From: the human T2T-CHM13v2.0 reference genome, Homo sapiens
NCBI RefSeq assembly: GCF_009914755.1
Contig: NC_060947.1
Strand: one strand, 5' to 3'
DNA length: 64,000 nt
In this document: piece by piece, positions 1 through 12,989 of the stretch
Numbering within the stretch: the first letter of the stretch is position 1
Layout: each line of letters opens with the position of its first letter
Made by a program: the position numbers and the translations under genes
The notes under the pieces: generated by a model
What the model was told of the DNA's origin: nothing
The model's input: only the letters and a program-made list of their open reading frames with translations
Databases searched by the model: none

Positions 1-880
1 ACACACATATTTTTATAAACTCAGCCATTTTCACTGAAAACCATCACTCTACCCTCTCAAACTCAAGCACAATCACTTACACACACAGGTATAGTCACAT
101 TGACTGACACATATATAGGCTTATTCACATTCAGTACTCATACAAATTCACATAAACATACATACTGCACATGTACTTAACACTCACATATTCACTCACT
201 TTCACATTCACGACTGTACACTCAAAATTATACACGCCCTTATTCCCACAGACAAGCACTCCTCCACATTCGTGTACATGCACATGTGTACCCCCTCACA
301 CACCATCCCCCACTCGTACATCACACATTTTCACACTGGCCCAATCACACTTACCACACACTCACATTCTTATACATTCCCACTCTTCTACTTTCATACT
401 GACACACCCTTACTCACTTCGCTACACACGTTTGCACCAGTGCACATATAATGACATGCACAGTCACTGACTTGCATTCATGCTAGCACATACCACACTG
501 ACATACACAATTCACATTGCAATAGTTGACTGTGCTTCACACAGGCAATTACTGATACCACATATGACAACATAGACTCACACTCACACTCGCCATGCCA
601 CATTCTCACTTACATTGATACACTTACACTGACACACCTGTTCAGGAAGTCAAACACTCTCCCGTAATCCACCATGTACTCTTACTCAGACTCTCACATG
701 AACACGTTGACACTTAACTACCACTGAGATAATCACATTGACCCACATCTATTCACATTGATTCACACATACTGCTAGTGACCCACACTCTCACTCATAC
801 GTACTTTCCCAAACTCTTACACATCCCCCTCCCATCCCAATAGCCCTGCATTTATATACTTTCTCACTGACACACACACA
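1..880. repeat. Degenerate CA-rich low-complexity tract
   Basis: G-poor stretch rich in CAC/ACA/CAT with recurring TCACATTGA; runs off the left edge of the window. Confidence 0.85.
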
Positions 881-2580
881 CGGATACATCTAATTGCAAG
901 AAATAGTTTATATTCACAGTTGTCTCTTTTTTCTTTGTTTGCCACTAGTGCTCTCCTCACCCCTGCTGAAAGGTTATATTGGCAACCAGTTGCCAGAGGA
1001 AAAATGTTGGTCTCATCCAGGAGGTCAATGAGAAATAGATCCTTTCAGAGCAGAAAGGAGTAGAATTTATGTCTAGGATTAAAAAAGAAAAGGCTCAAAC
1101 CCACAGATCAAGTTTTCCTTATCCTTTCCACATACTTTTTCTTTTTTCAGAAATCATCTCCAATACAGCCTTAGCCAGTCCTGTCCAACACAGGTTGGAG
1201 TTTAGATGGTGTGTTTATTTTCTGGAAGTTTATGGCTTAACTTGCTACCTCATTTCTTTCCTATAGTGAAAGGAAGATGAAGGATGTGTTTCTTTATGTG
1301 CTGTTAATGGTTTCTTATGCAAAAGTGCATGTCTCTGGTTTTATATTTATGATCTGGAATTGCCTGCTGATTACACACATGGAAAGGGCAGGCCTGCTTC
1401 CACCAGGCACCTCTAATCTAGCCAGGTATACTTAATACCCTGTTAACCCTGGAACATGGCACTCAAGGAAAGGAAAGAGAAGGTTAATGAACTAGCTGGA
1501 TGATAAGGTAAATTTGTACTGTAAGTGTTCATGTGCGATAGTAGACCCCACTGAAATTTCAACAGCTGTTACTAACAAGTTACAAGAGGAGATTTTTCAG
1601 TAGGCGTGGATAAAGACAAGCTGAAGGAAGTTTCTTGCACTTCAGAAAGACTGTAGATTTCCCTGCAAGTGGATAAAAAGAAGCACAAACCCAGGAGTGA
1701 ACTAATGGATCAGGAGCCTGGTGCAAGAGTCATGTGCCAACAGAGATTTGAAAACACAAGAGCATCTTGCAAGGGTGTCTCTAGTACATGGCTTCTCCTG
1801 CTGGAGTCACCCTGGAGCAAAAAATGAGTTCAGAATATACCCAAGCTGCCATTTGGTATGGGTTCTAGCATGCCTTAGGGAAGAGCTTATTCTCTGGAAT
1901 ATAACCCAACTCCCTGCCATTAGATTGAGAACTTCTTTGATAGCAAGAACTATATTATCTTACTCATTTTGGTTTCTTGATGCCTAGTGCAATGCTAGGT
2001 CCAGAAAAGCTACTTGTGAGACTCAGTTAAGAAACTAAAGGGGATACCTGAGCAGGAACATCTTATCAATACAGACCCAGTGTCTCTCTTCTTCTCTTCC
2101 TCAATCCCAGATTTGCAGTGGCATTACCAGCTCAGATTGAGGATTGTCTGTAGGCCCCACATAGAGCTAGGCCCAGAGATTCAAATGGGTGAAAGACACA
2201 CCTATTGCACTCTAAGGTACTTTCATTTGTGTGGGAAAGATCAAGTTGCCATGAAACAGTAGTATGAGGCAACAGTCTGGAAGCTTGGGCATGGAGGGAT
2301 CTTTATCATGAAATCCAGTGGTCTGTAGGCTCCAAAGGTCTTGACGGTTCATAAGTAGTTGGGGACAGCAGTCAGAATTTAGAGAAGTCACTTTCCAAAG
2401 TAAACTTCCTTGTAGATAGCTTGCTTAGCACAGGGCTGTGCCATATTCCCAGAAGATTGTATAACAGAGTACTCTGTTACTGGGCCTAAAGTGGAGTAAT
2501 AAGAGTGATCTGCAGACCTTAGTGAGATTATTGTACTTATTAAGATCTAACCACCACCTCCTCCAAGAGACAGCTTAAGA

Positions 2581-2918
2581 CAGGGGTTCCCAAACTCTGG
2601 ACTGCAGACCAGTGCTGGTCCACAGTCTGTTAGGAACTGGGCAGCACAGCAGGAGGTGAGTGGTGGATGACAAGCATTACTTCCTGAGCTCCACTTCCTG
2701 TCAGATCAGCAGCAACATTAGATTCTTATGGGAGCGTGAGCCCTATTGTGAACTGCACAGGCAAGGGATCTAGGTTGTGTGCTCCTTATGAGAATCTGAT
2801 GCCTGATGATCTGAGATGGAACAGTTTCATTCCAAAACCACCCCATTGCCCCATGTCCATGGAAAAATTGTCTTCCACAAAACTGGTACCTGATGCCAAA
2901 AAAGGTTGAGGACTGCTG
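2581..2918. mobile_element. MER1B-like hAT-Charlie non-autonomous DNA transposon, complete
   Basis: Ends CAGGGGTTCCCAA...GGTTGAGGACTGCTG, typical MER1 interior, perfect 8-bp TSD GCTTAAGA (2573-2580 and 2919-2926). Confidence 0.9.
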
Positions 2919-3179
2919 GCTTAAGAGAAACAGCTGGGCAATTTTACATTTGGAAATTTTTGGCCATTACTTCAAGATTCACCAAAGGCAATTTATATAA
3001 TTTGCAGGACTGGCTGAATATTAGGAAGAGAAAAATGCACCTGCCTGAGTGTGCTTGAATTCAGTGAGAAGCACTGAGAAAACCCATTCCCAAACCCATC
3101 ATGCATTTATATGATATTTTATACTTTTAAAAATGTTTAATAACCCATTCTTCCATTTCAATAGAGGTGTTAGGAGCAC

Positions 3180-3470
3180 CAACTCTGGTATCAGCCAGAC
3201 CACCATTTGAATCCCAGTTTGGCCACTTCCTAGCTGTGTAACCTTGTTTGAGAAATTATCCCCATTGCTTCTTAGGCCTTTTGGCTAAGATCAAGTGAAG
3301 AGAAATTACTTATCCCCCTTAAGCCTCAGTGTCCTTATGTGTAAAATGGGAGTGACACTAATGTCATCTACCTCATGGAGTTGTTAAGAGGATGAAATGA
3401 GATAATATATGAAAGTGTTTAGCAAAATGTCTGGCTTATAGTAAATGTTTGACACAGTATAGAGCTTATT
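3180..3470 (+). mobile_element. MIR SINE interrupted by the U2 retrocopy
   Basis: TTTGAATCCCAG..CACTTCCTAGCTGTGTAACCTTG..GCCTCAGT..TGTAAAATGGG MIR core. Confidence 0.8.
3264..3297 (+). pseudogene. 3'-truncated U2 snRNA retrocopy (5' ~33 nt of U2)
   Basis: ATTGCTTCTTAGGCCTTTTGGCTAAGATCAAGTG versus U2 ATCGCTTCTCGGCCTTTTGGCTAAGATCAAGTG. Flanked by the direct repeat GAGAAATTA(CTTA)TCCCC at 3250-3263 and 3300-3317. Confidence 0.9.
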
Positions 3471-6099
3471 ATCTTTACCATAGCCCTTTGAGGTAGGCAC
3501 CTTCAAAGGGACAGATCCTTGACATAACAGAGAAACAGTATGGTTCTTTGCAGCCAAAGATTGATTTTCACAGGACTTGTTGCCTGTTTTCCTTTAAGTC
3601 TTTATTTCTGCCTAGCCACAAGCTAGGTGTCAGTATTCATTCCCACTCAAGACGATGAGTGAAAAATAGGATTAGTCCATGGAGTTTCCTCAACTACTGT
3701 GTCTCTTTAGGACATGTTTATCTTGCAGAAATGTGTCCTGTTCATTTAGCTATCCCCTCTAGTCCTACTTCCACCCTTGAAATCAGTAAAGCCATCAGTG
3801 ATGCCACCTTTATTTGCCAGTACCCAAACTTGTGGGGGTGGTGAGTAGAAGAGATTCCTAATGTAGGTGGAACCAGCAATTGGTTCTCTTACCATAGGCA
3901 TTCTTCTGTCCTTGATTCTGATTGTTGAAATGTCTGTTTTGTGGGTGGAAGATCTGCTCATTTTCAGGCTTTCGTCCCAAACGCCACAGTGGAAGCACAG
4001 TTTACTTACGACAAAGCCCTAAGAACATTCATGTTCATGTAAAAGCTGTGAGTAACTGCAGAATTTAATATGAAACTTTCCGTGACTTAGGAAACAGAAA
4101 TAAGCGCACGGGCATTGATGTCACATAGACATGGGATGGTATAATCTTACTATTACATTTACTAGTTCTGTGACCTTGGTCAAGTGACTTAATGAATGTG
4201 CTTCTTCATATGTGGAATGAAAATACTGTAATAACACCTCAGGGGTTATGCAAGTTATGTGAACTTGTACCTAAGTAACTTTTAGCAGAGTGCGTAGGCC
4301 ATGATAAGATTTCAGCGAATGATAGCGATTTTGTTTATGGCTTGTGAAATCTGTGAAAATAAACTGTAAACATCTATTGGTAGAATGTCTTGAATTACTT
4401 CAAAGCAGTTCCCAAATGTGGATATGTGATCCTCACAATCTACTGGTGACGTGATCACCCTTTCTAGATGAAGAAATAGCTTCAGAGGGGTGAAGAGATG
4501 TACCTAATGTCACGCAGCTTGTGAGTGGCAGTACTAGGCTGAGAAAGCACCAGTTCAGATGATTGAATATTTGCACCTTCACTTGGTAAAGCCTTTGGGG
4601 GCTACAGTTAGCAAATAAGAACAATTTGAACTGAGCATAATCCTTCTTGTGACAAAAATATCTAAATGTGAGCTACAGTTTATCTACAAATCGAACCATA
4701 GGTGTTTCTCTTTGTATCTTGTGCAATGCCCAGAATGTTGCAAGAGTGAAACAAATGTGACATCATAAATGTTTGGAAAGCAGTACCTTTCCAAACATAG
4801 CTGAGTGACATAGGGCCACAGTAGTACCATTCACCACCAAGAGGAAAATCTTTCTTGAGGCATAAATACTGTGTGGTTCTGCTCATGTTGCTCCAGTAAC
4901 ACCAAATGTTCAGAGTCTGGGAATTCTTAAAACATACGGAGACACTTCAACAGACCTGTGGTGCCACTTGGCCATTTCTGTCCTGACATGAGAATTATAA
5001 GACATCAAGCTTAGTAAACGTTAGGGAGAGGATGGGAGGACAAAAAGATAGGAGCACTTTTGGCCTTTTTGTAACATTTTTCTCATAGCCAAACATTCAC
5101 CTTGAAGCACTCTTCTCTTGGTTTCTATGACAACATATCAGTTCTCCCGCCTCTTTGACCATCTTTCTCAGGGATCATTAGTCACTCTTCCTCTTCCAAC
5201 CTCTAAATGTTGGTGTTCCACAGAGATCTGGTCTAGTCCTCCTTCTCATTGTGTATTCTTCCTGAGCAATTGTGCATATTCCCATGCTGATGGCCTCCAA
5301 ACAAATATCTTCATCCCACATGTCCAGCTCTCCATTGAACAGTTTCATAATGCCAAATGAATGTGTTAGAACCACTGCTACAATTGTATCTGTCTTAATA
5401 TTGCTATCTCTGTTATGAGGAATAGATATAGCTAGAGATACAGTTTTTCCACCACATGTGAATTGATGTTTCCTTCAATTATTTTATTACTTGCCATGTA
5501 GATTATACTTTTCAAAGACAAGATGCTTAGATATGTGTCTTGCTTCCCACTAGATATTTCTAGTTAAGTTTTTACTGATATTTCTATTGTGTCACTGGTT
5601 TTATCCTCTTATCTTTGCCTGTTGTAGTCTTGATAGTATTATTATGTTTGTTGGTAAAGTCTGGATAAAAATTTAGATGAATTTTCTATAAAACTTATTA
5701 TAAGTGCCGTTCTATTGGCCAAAAATATTATAATAATTTGTTCTTATTCTCTTTAGAGTGCAATTATTACAGGTGGTCTAATGGTTGCTAATACAAGGGA
5801 CTTCCAACACATTCATATTTGTTATCAGCACACTAACTTCATTAGTTATTTTTCATCTCCATTCTAAGCTATTCGGTTATTTTCATTTCACAAACATGGA
5901 AACTGAGGCACGGTTCTATTTGGAATCCCAAATGTAAACTAAAGCTTGCAAAAACCATTAGGCCATTAGGCCTCCCATACTCCTCTGGGCCTCTTGGCAT
6001 AGAAATATATCTCTACCCTGATTTCCATTTGGGGTCCTGAGAACAGTTAATCCTATCAAGGCTGGCATCTCTACCATCTTTGGCCAATGTCCACTGTAG

Positions 6100-7600
6100 A
6101 GACCTCTCTTGACATCTCTCTTCTCCTGTCTTCCTATTCCCATGCTGCATGTGCTTCCTGTCTCTTGACTGATTATCTTAGTGTTGTCACTTTTCAAAAT
6201 GATTTCCATGTTCCTACCTGGAACATCTGACTCCATAGGAAAAACCTTTCCCAAGTCTTCAACCTTAGACATCTGCTACATTGTCACCTGAGTAATAGTT
6301 CTGAAATTCAAAGTTAATCATGCTATCTCACCACTTGAAACCTCTTCATATACACAAGAGGAGTCCAAACCTTGTAGAAACGCATATTAAACCCTTCTTA
6401 ATTCGTCTCTATGGATCTTATTTTTTTCCATTCCTCTTTTTTGTCCCTAATCTCCTTAATACACGTTGCTGCTTGACCTGAAAAATGGTGTGGTTAATTG
6501 TTCTTCCTAATTCAACTCGACTGTACTTCCCCTGTGAAGCCTGCTTCGTCAGGCTCCAGGGAGTCTCTGTCTCTGTCCTTCTATAGCAACCTTTTCTCAT
6601 CTTTGCACTGAGATGTCATGGCTGACATCCATTATATTTTAAGTCTCTTCAAGGGCGGGGTCAACTTTGTTCATCTCTCACCCTAGAACCTGGTGAACTC
6701 CTACTTTCCTTTAATACCCTGTTCAAGTGCTATATCCTCTGAACCCTCCAGGCATCATTAGCTACCCTTCTTCCACTGTCCTTTCAAAGCATCCAATGCC
6801 TACCTTAGCACATAATAGACACCATATAAATGATGAATAAATGAATAAATTTAAGAAGGTTTAATGATTTCTTCAGGATCACAGAAAAATCCAGAAGTAG
6901 AGCTAGAGTTAGTCATTCATTCCTTCTGTTAGAAACAATTCTTTTGGGTTTATAAAAAATCTACTAAATAAAAATCAACCCCCCAAATTAAGTCTGCCTA
7001 ACAACATGCAACTTAGTTCTTAAATGTAACATCGAAGTTAAGTTTCTTTTTCCGAGTGTTATGTGCCTAATAAATTTCCCCAAAGAGATCTGTCCTGCTT
7101 ATATATGGATACAGTTCTAAAAATGCTTTTAGGTCTTACACATATTATTTTCTTCCAGAGTTTTGAGATCTATTCTTTTACTTATACAGCACCAATATCA
7201 TTCAGTCCAGCAGAAACAGGCCCAAGGCTAATAAATCTAATCTAGCATGCTTGAAGTATTCATTGGTTGAAATATACTGTTGAATAATAATACCTTATGC
7301 CAACCTAGTGCTTCCTACCTTTCAAATCCTATTGAATTCCTGCTCATCCTTCCATACCCTGCTCAAGCGCTATATCCTCTGAACCCGCTGGGAATATTAG
7401 CTATCCTTCCTGCTCTGTCCCTCCAAAGCATCTTGTGCCTACCTAGATTGTATCACACTGTATTCTTATTGTATATATGCGTGTCTGCCTTCCTCACTAG
7501 ACTAGAAGCTCTTTGAAGATAGAGATGTGTCTTTATTCTTCTCTCTTTGTATGCTTCCTGTACCTGACATAATACCTAGTACATATGAATGTTGGTGGTG
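6100..7600 (+). mobile_element. Fragmented L2 LINE 3' segments
   Basis: L2-like 3' phrases (ACTAGACTAGAAGCTCTTTGAAG, TGAATAAATGAAT); boundaries approximate. Confidence 0.55.
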
Positions 7601-7814
7601 GGAGGATGTAAGGCCAGGCAGCTATGTTCCCTGGAACAATATCAAACACATTCCTTGTGTGTGGTAGTATGATTTCTTATATAGCAATAAGATGAAGAGA
7701 GTCTTGCCCTTTTCTGAAGTGCTGTAGCTCCTCTTTTTAAATTTTTACTCTCATTTTGCAATGCACATATCCTTACTTGGTTTGTAGTTCTATTTTTGTC
7801 TGTATATGACATAC

Positions 7815-8397
7815 TTTTTTTAAATTATACTTTAAGTTCTAGGGTACATGTGCACAACATGCAGGTTTGTCACATATGTATACCTGTGCCATGTTGGTGT
7901 GCTGCACCCATTAACTCATCATTTACATTAGGTATATCTCCTAATGCTATCCCTCTCCCCTCCCCACTTCCCCCACCCCACGACAGGCTCCAGTGTGTGA
8001 TGTTCCCCACCCTGTGTCCAAGTGTTCTCATTGCTCAGTTCCAACCTATGAGTGAGAACATGTGGTGTTTGGTTTTCTGTCCTTGCAATAGATTGCTCAG
8101 AATGATGGTTTCCAGCTTCATCTGTGTCCCTACAGAGGACATGAACTCATCCTTTTTTATGGCTGCATAGTATTCCATGGTGTATATGTGCCACATTTTT
8201 CTTAATCCAGTCTATCATTGATGGACATTTGGGTTGGTTCCAAGTCTTTGCTATTATGAATAGTGCTGCAATAAACATACGTGTTCATGTGTCTTTATAA
8301 CAGCATGATTTATAATCCTTTCGGTATATACCCAGTAATGGGATGGCTGGGTCAAATGGTATTTCTAGTTCTAGATCCTTGAGGAATTGCCACACTG
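7815..8397 (-). mobile_element. 5'-truncated L1PA-family 3' end
   Basis: TTATACTTTAAGTTCTAGGGTACATGTGCACAAC L1PA 3'UTR (reverse); TSD TATGACATAC at 7805-7814 and 8398-8407. Confidence 0.93.
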
Positions 8398-11300
8398 TAT
8401 GACATACATTTTACATATAATGTGTGGCCAGGAATGAAACCCACTGCTGGAGCCTATAACCTCACTCAGAGCTAGACACTTATTTATCTGCTTACACCCA
8501 TCACTTAGTATGATGCCTAGCACATAGGCACTGGTAAATATTTGTGGTTCAAGTAAATGAATTCATGCACAGATGGGTTACTTAAGGGGCCTCAATAATA
8601 TATTCTCAGTTACTATCTGTCACCTCAAAGAGTAGTACCTCTCTGTTTTGGGCTCAGGATTTTTTGAAATGAAAGTCAACCAGAAATGAACAAGGATAAA
8701 GCATTAGTTGGTATATTTTCCTGTAAAAAGGAATGTTGGGCTGACATAAGATCTTTTCCTCTCTTTATGCAGCTGTGTGACCTATAGACCTTCATTATTA
8801 AGCTGTGCAGAAGAGTATAGGGCATGCCTAGGTGATCTGCTAAAGGCCACAAAACCAACTGGTGATTGACTGGCATAATTGGGAGTACTATGACGTAGAG
8901 GATTTGTCAGGCTCAATCTTGAAGAAAAAAGAACACTCTAAGATGAGCATCATTTGATACAGAGTTATATACATTTATTATGAACACCCGAGTTTCCTCC
9001 CCTTTCTCTCTGCCCAGTGCCTTTGTCAGAATGTGCTCTAGGCTACACTGCAGTCTCCGCAGGAATGAGTCAAGAACTACTGACTGATTTACCCTCAGGC
9101 CTGCTGATTACAGCTCCTTCCACCAAGCCCTGCTTCTGTTTTATCTGCAGTTTTCCTCCCAAAATACCCTAACTTCCTTCTTGTGTGGTAAGGGCTGGGC
9201 CCTGTGATCTCAGCTTGGGGGCTTCCCAGGCCCACAGAAAGACTTAGGCACACAGCAGTCTTTGTTTTGTATGTATATGAGCACTAGGGAAGTAAAGCTG
9301 ATCTTGTGCTGTGGTAGACATCTACTCTAGCATGAACTAAAGATGAACCATATATTCTATAAGTGGACAGCAGCAGCTGCAACCAGGTAGTAAAATAATA
9401 AGCATTGAGCCACTTGCAAGTTATGAACTTGTATAAGCTGGGCATGGAAAGGCCATGGGAAAACCAACATACTCAATCATGAGTTCGTCCTTCAGATCAG
9501 GCTTTTAATTTCTAAAGAGACTGCTTTGGGTGTATTATAATCTTTTTTAAAATACCCATGCCAGTTTTCTTTAATGCAAAACATTTGTCTGGTGGGCTCG
9601 AATATGGGGAATTCCTACAAGTAAGGCCCTTGTCAGCTAAATGTTTATCCCCCACCATTGTGAAGTGGGATGGGTAGAAAGTAGGTTTTGTCATGTTTCA
9701 TTCTTCCTTCAGTATTTAAGAAAGCCTGTTTTTAATAGATGTTATTTCCTCTTCCTTAACCATAGCTCCCAAATGAGATGTTTAAATGCATGCTCAGTAT
9801 AATAATAATGAAATTAAAAAAAGTATGGGCATGTAAACATAGGTCAAGGGGCAAAAACTTGAGGAAGTGTTGCTGCATTTTACACCAGTTCAAATTCTTT
9901 AACTTCCATTTCTGGCAAGAAGTCACTTTTTTGGTGAACTGTGAGATTTGCTAAATTGATCTAAGTTCCTAGTTTAGAAATAACACCAAATCTCCATTGC
10001 CCCAGGTAGCTCTTCTCTTCAGATGTGAAATGGGCACCTTCCCTGTAGAAAGCTGATTTGGGTACAGAGAAATTGGGAATAGAGCAAGGACCTAGGATGA
10101 TGAGCCATGATGCACAGTTTGAAAAGCAACATTCAGGCACCTCTGTGGTATGCAAAAATCTCTAGGAAATTCAGGAATTGAATTTCCAAGCTTAAATTTG
10201 AGGACATTTGTTGATATTTCATTGGGGTGGATCAATAAAGAGTATAATTATTATCCATGCATAGTAACAGAGACAATCGAGACCCCCAGAGACTCAAGAC
10301 ATTGGTTTGCCATGTCCTGCTTGCTTGGGATGTTAATCTATCTAATTTGTTCCATCTGAATGCTTCCAAGGATGTTATGTGCTCTGAGAACTAGGAAATG
10401 TTTTCTTACTAAGTTTTGCTTCTCTTTTCTTTTTTCCACCAATTTCTCTGAGGCATCTCTTAGGGTAATTACTTTTGTTTTTTATGCTTAAAATATTTCT
10501 ACCTCTATTCTTTATGGATCTTATTTTCTCTTTTTAGAAGCATCAATATTGGAAACAAAAAGCTGAAACCTGTAATAATGCATCGGTTTGCAAATATAAG
10601 TACATGTAAGATAATCATTAGCATTTTCTGGGCATTAGCTCATGAAGCACACACAATGAATAATAAAGTATGGTGCTGCATATGTTTAGAGGCTTAAGAA
10701 GTCATTTGAAAAATAACTATACTTAAGAAAAAGAATGATTTTTTCCTTATATGCAGTATATGGAGTCTGGATGCTGGATTATACCTATTGACTTCCTATT
10801 TGCAACCTGACGTTGAAATTTGCAACTATAATATGCTGGCTTCTTGGACTCAATTAATGTCAAGTTCCTGCTGAAAACAATGGAAGTCACTCATAAAAAT
10901 GTTAGCAGACAACAATACTACAGCAGAACTGACCTCATTTGCTTGTTTGTATGAGAGAGAACATGAATGTATGCTGTGTGAGTGTGCTTGTATGTATGTC
11001 AGCAGTGAGCTATCTCTTACATGATCTAAGATTGAAACTAGGTGGCTGTAAAAAGAGCTAGTGCCTCTCTTTCTTGTCTGGCTGCTTTTGCAGATCTCCT
11101 GCCTAACAAGTAGCTCAGCTCCTTCTGATCAAATGATCTTAGAATTGGCTTCCCTCCATTACACACTGTAATGGTATCTCCCTAGTGAGGCTCTCTGAAA
11201 CAGCACACCCCTGTCTCTGATAGCAGAGTTCCCTTGGTGAGTGCTCCAGAAGAGGCGAGCTCCAAAACGAGGCCATCTAAGAATTGGTACAACTGGCCAA

Positions 11301-12922
11301 CGAAACTTGTTGGAGTGTTGTCAGTAAATCACCTAGCCTTGTGTCTTTAAATGGGAAAAGCCATTTGAAATAAGTAAGTACCAGCATGAAGTGGGTTGAA
11401 ATGAATAGGGTAGACCTGTCGTATGAATATTTTAAGAGGATAAAAATGTATATATGAAGAGTGTGTTTGTGGGTTTACTTGGATATGCGTTGTATTGGTG
11501 TACTGGAAAGGGAACTGATGAGTTTAGGAGCTGAGGGATTGGATACTATTCTCAGTTTTTTCATTTGTGACCTTGGGCAAGTACTTAAACTCAATGCTTG
11601 TAAATTCCTCATGTAAGAAATGGAGATGATACTTTCTTCTTCGCAATGTTGATGTCAGGCTCAAAGAAGAGCAAGACGTGGAAGCCCTTTGGACATTACA
11701 AAGTCATATGTTTTTAAAATGAGGTGTTGGTAATCAGATGGTAGCTGGCTTTGAAATGATGCCTAACTACTTGGCAGTTAGACTAGTGCTGATATTTCCA
11801 AATATGCTTTCTTGTCTCTGACCTGCTACAATTAGGTCTATAGGCTTATGTAACATTATGAAAAACTTACTCCAAGCTGTAACAAATACATAGGATGTAT
11901 AGAGTTCCATTTTGTTACTTTACACATGTATTTAATGCCTGTTGGTAACAAGAGACTGTACTAGTAGTATGAAAGTGTATAATTACGACTGAGGGGCTCT
12001 TACCCTCATGGAACTTATGATCTAATGAGGGGAGTGACTTGGATAATGACTGTGCAATTTGAGACAAGATGATACAAATGGTAATTTGGGCCCATCTAGC
12101 TGGCTATAGTTAGTGGTTGGGCTGCCCCTTTTCCACCTAGTTTGGGAATGGTAGTGTGGGTTCAGAGCTGCTAGGAGACCCAGATCTGGTTCATTCTTCT
12201 CCCTGTAAAGTGCCCGCTTTGGCATCTTAGTATATTATGGGCATTAATGTCTGAAAAGTCACTAGAAATCTTCAGATGCTAGTTGCTGTAGAAATGCAAG
12301 GCAACGTATAATATTTCTTTCAAATCCTAAGACATTGTCTCCTTTGTGGAAGGCTAGATGATTTTTTCTTTTTTTGGCAGTTAAAAATGTTCACTACATC
12401 TTCTTACATTATCAGTCATAAGTGAGGTGGTTGGTTCTTTTGTAAATAACGCATCTAAGTTAAAGTGGATTTTGTATCAGCATAGGCTAGTTAGCAAAGC
12501 ATGGTTTGTTTCCCAGTCAAGTCTATGCCTGAAAGCTCAGCTAGCCATCTCGAAAATGTATGCCTTTGGTTAAAAGAGAGCCCAAGAAAGAGCCAGCAGT
12601 TGTAACTCTTGGATTTTGTTGCCCACCACCAAAAGTACAATTCAGATATATATATATATGTATATATATCTCAGATTAGGAAATTCACCTTGGAAATTTC
12701 TCTTAGTGAACAGCTCAGTCCTGTGTTTGATCCTCTCATTTGCTATGAAAAGGACGTTAAACAGCCTTGGTGTGTGCTCAGATTTGTGATAATAGCCTTG
12801 TGTGGCTGGTGGTTTTGGAGATTTTCTTCTGGGTTTGTTAGATCATGACTGTACATTGCTAACCTGGGGTTTTGTTTTTAAAAGGATGGCAGTGTTAATT
12901 TAGTTTTCATTGGAAAAATATA

Positions 12923-12989
12923 AAAATAAATAGTTATGTCTAAATATGAAATAGTTATGTCTAAATATGAAAATAAATAGTTATGTCTA
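12923..12989. repeat. Short tandem repeat, three copies of AAATAGTTATGTCTA(AATATG)
   Basis: Exact 15-mer at 12928, 12949 and 12975. Confidence 0.9.

Noticed and set aside
171-470. 99-aa His/Thr-rich ORF
   Set aside because: Translation of the CA-rich low-complexity tract, which is naturally poor in stop codons.
1362-9112. Exact 14-mer GCCTGCTGATTACA at 1362 and 9099
   Set aside because: Several 14-mer matches are expected by chance in 64 kb.
12644-12671. Self-complementary (TA)n stretch
   Set aside because: Ordinary microsatellite.
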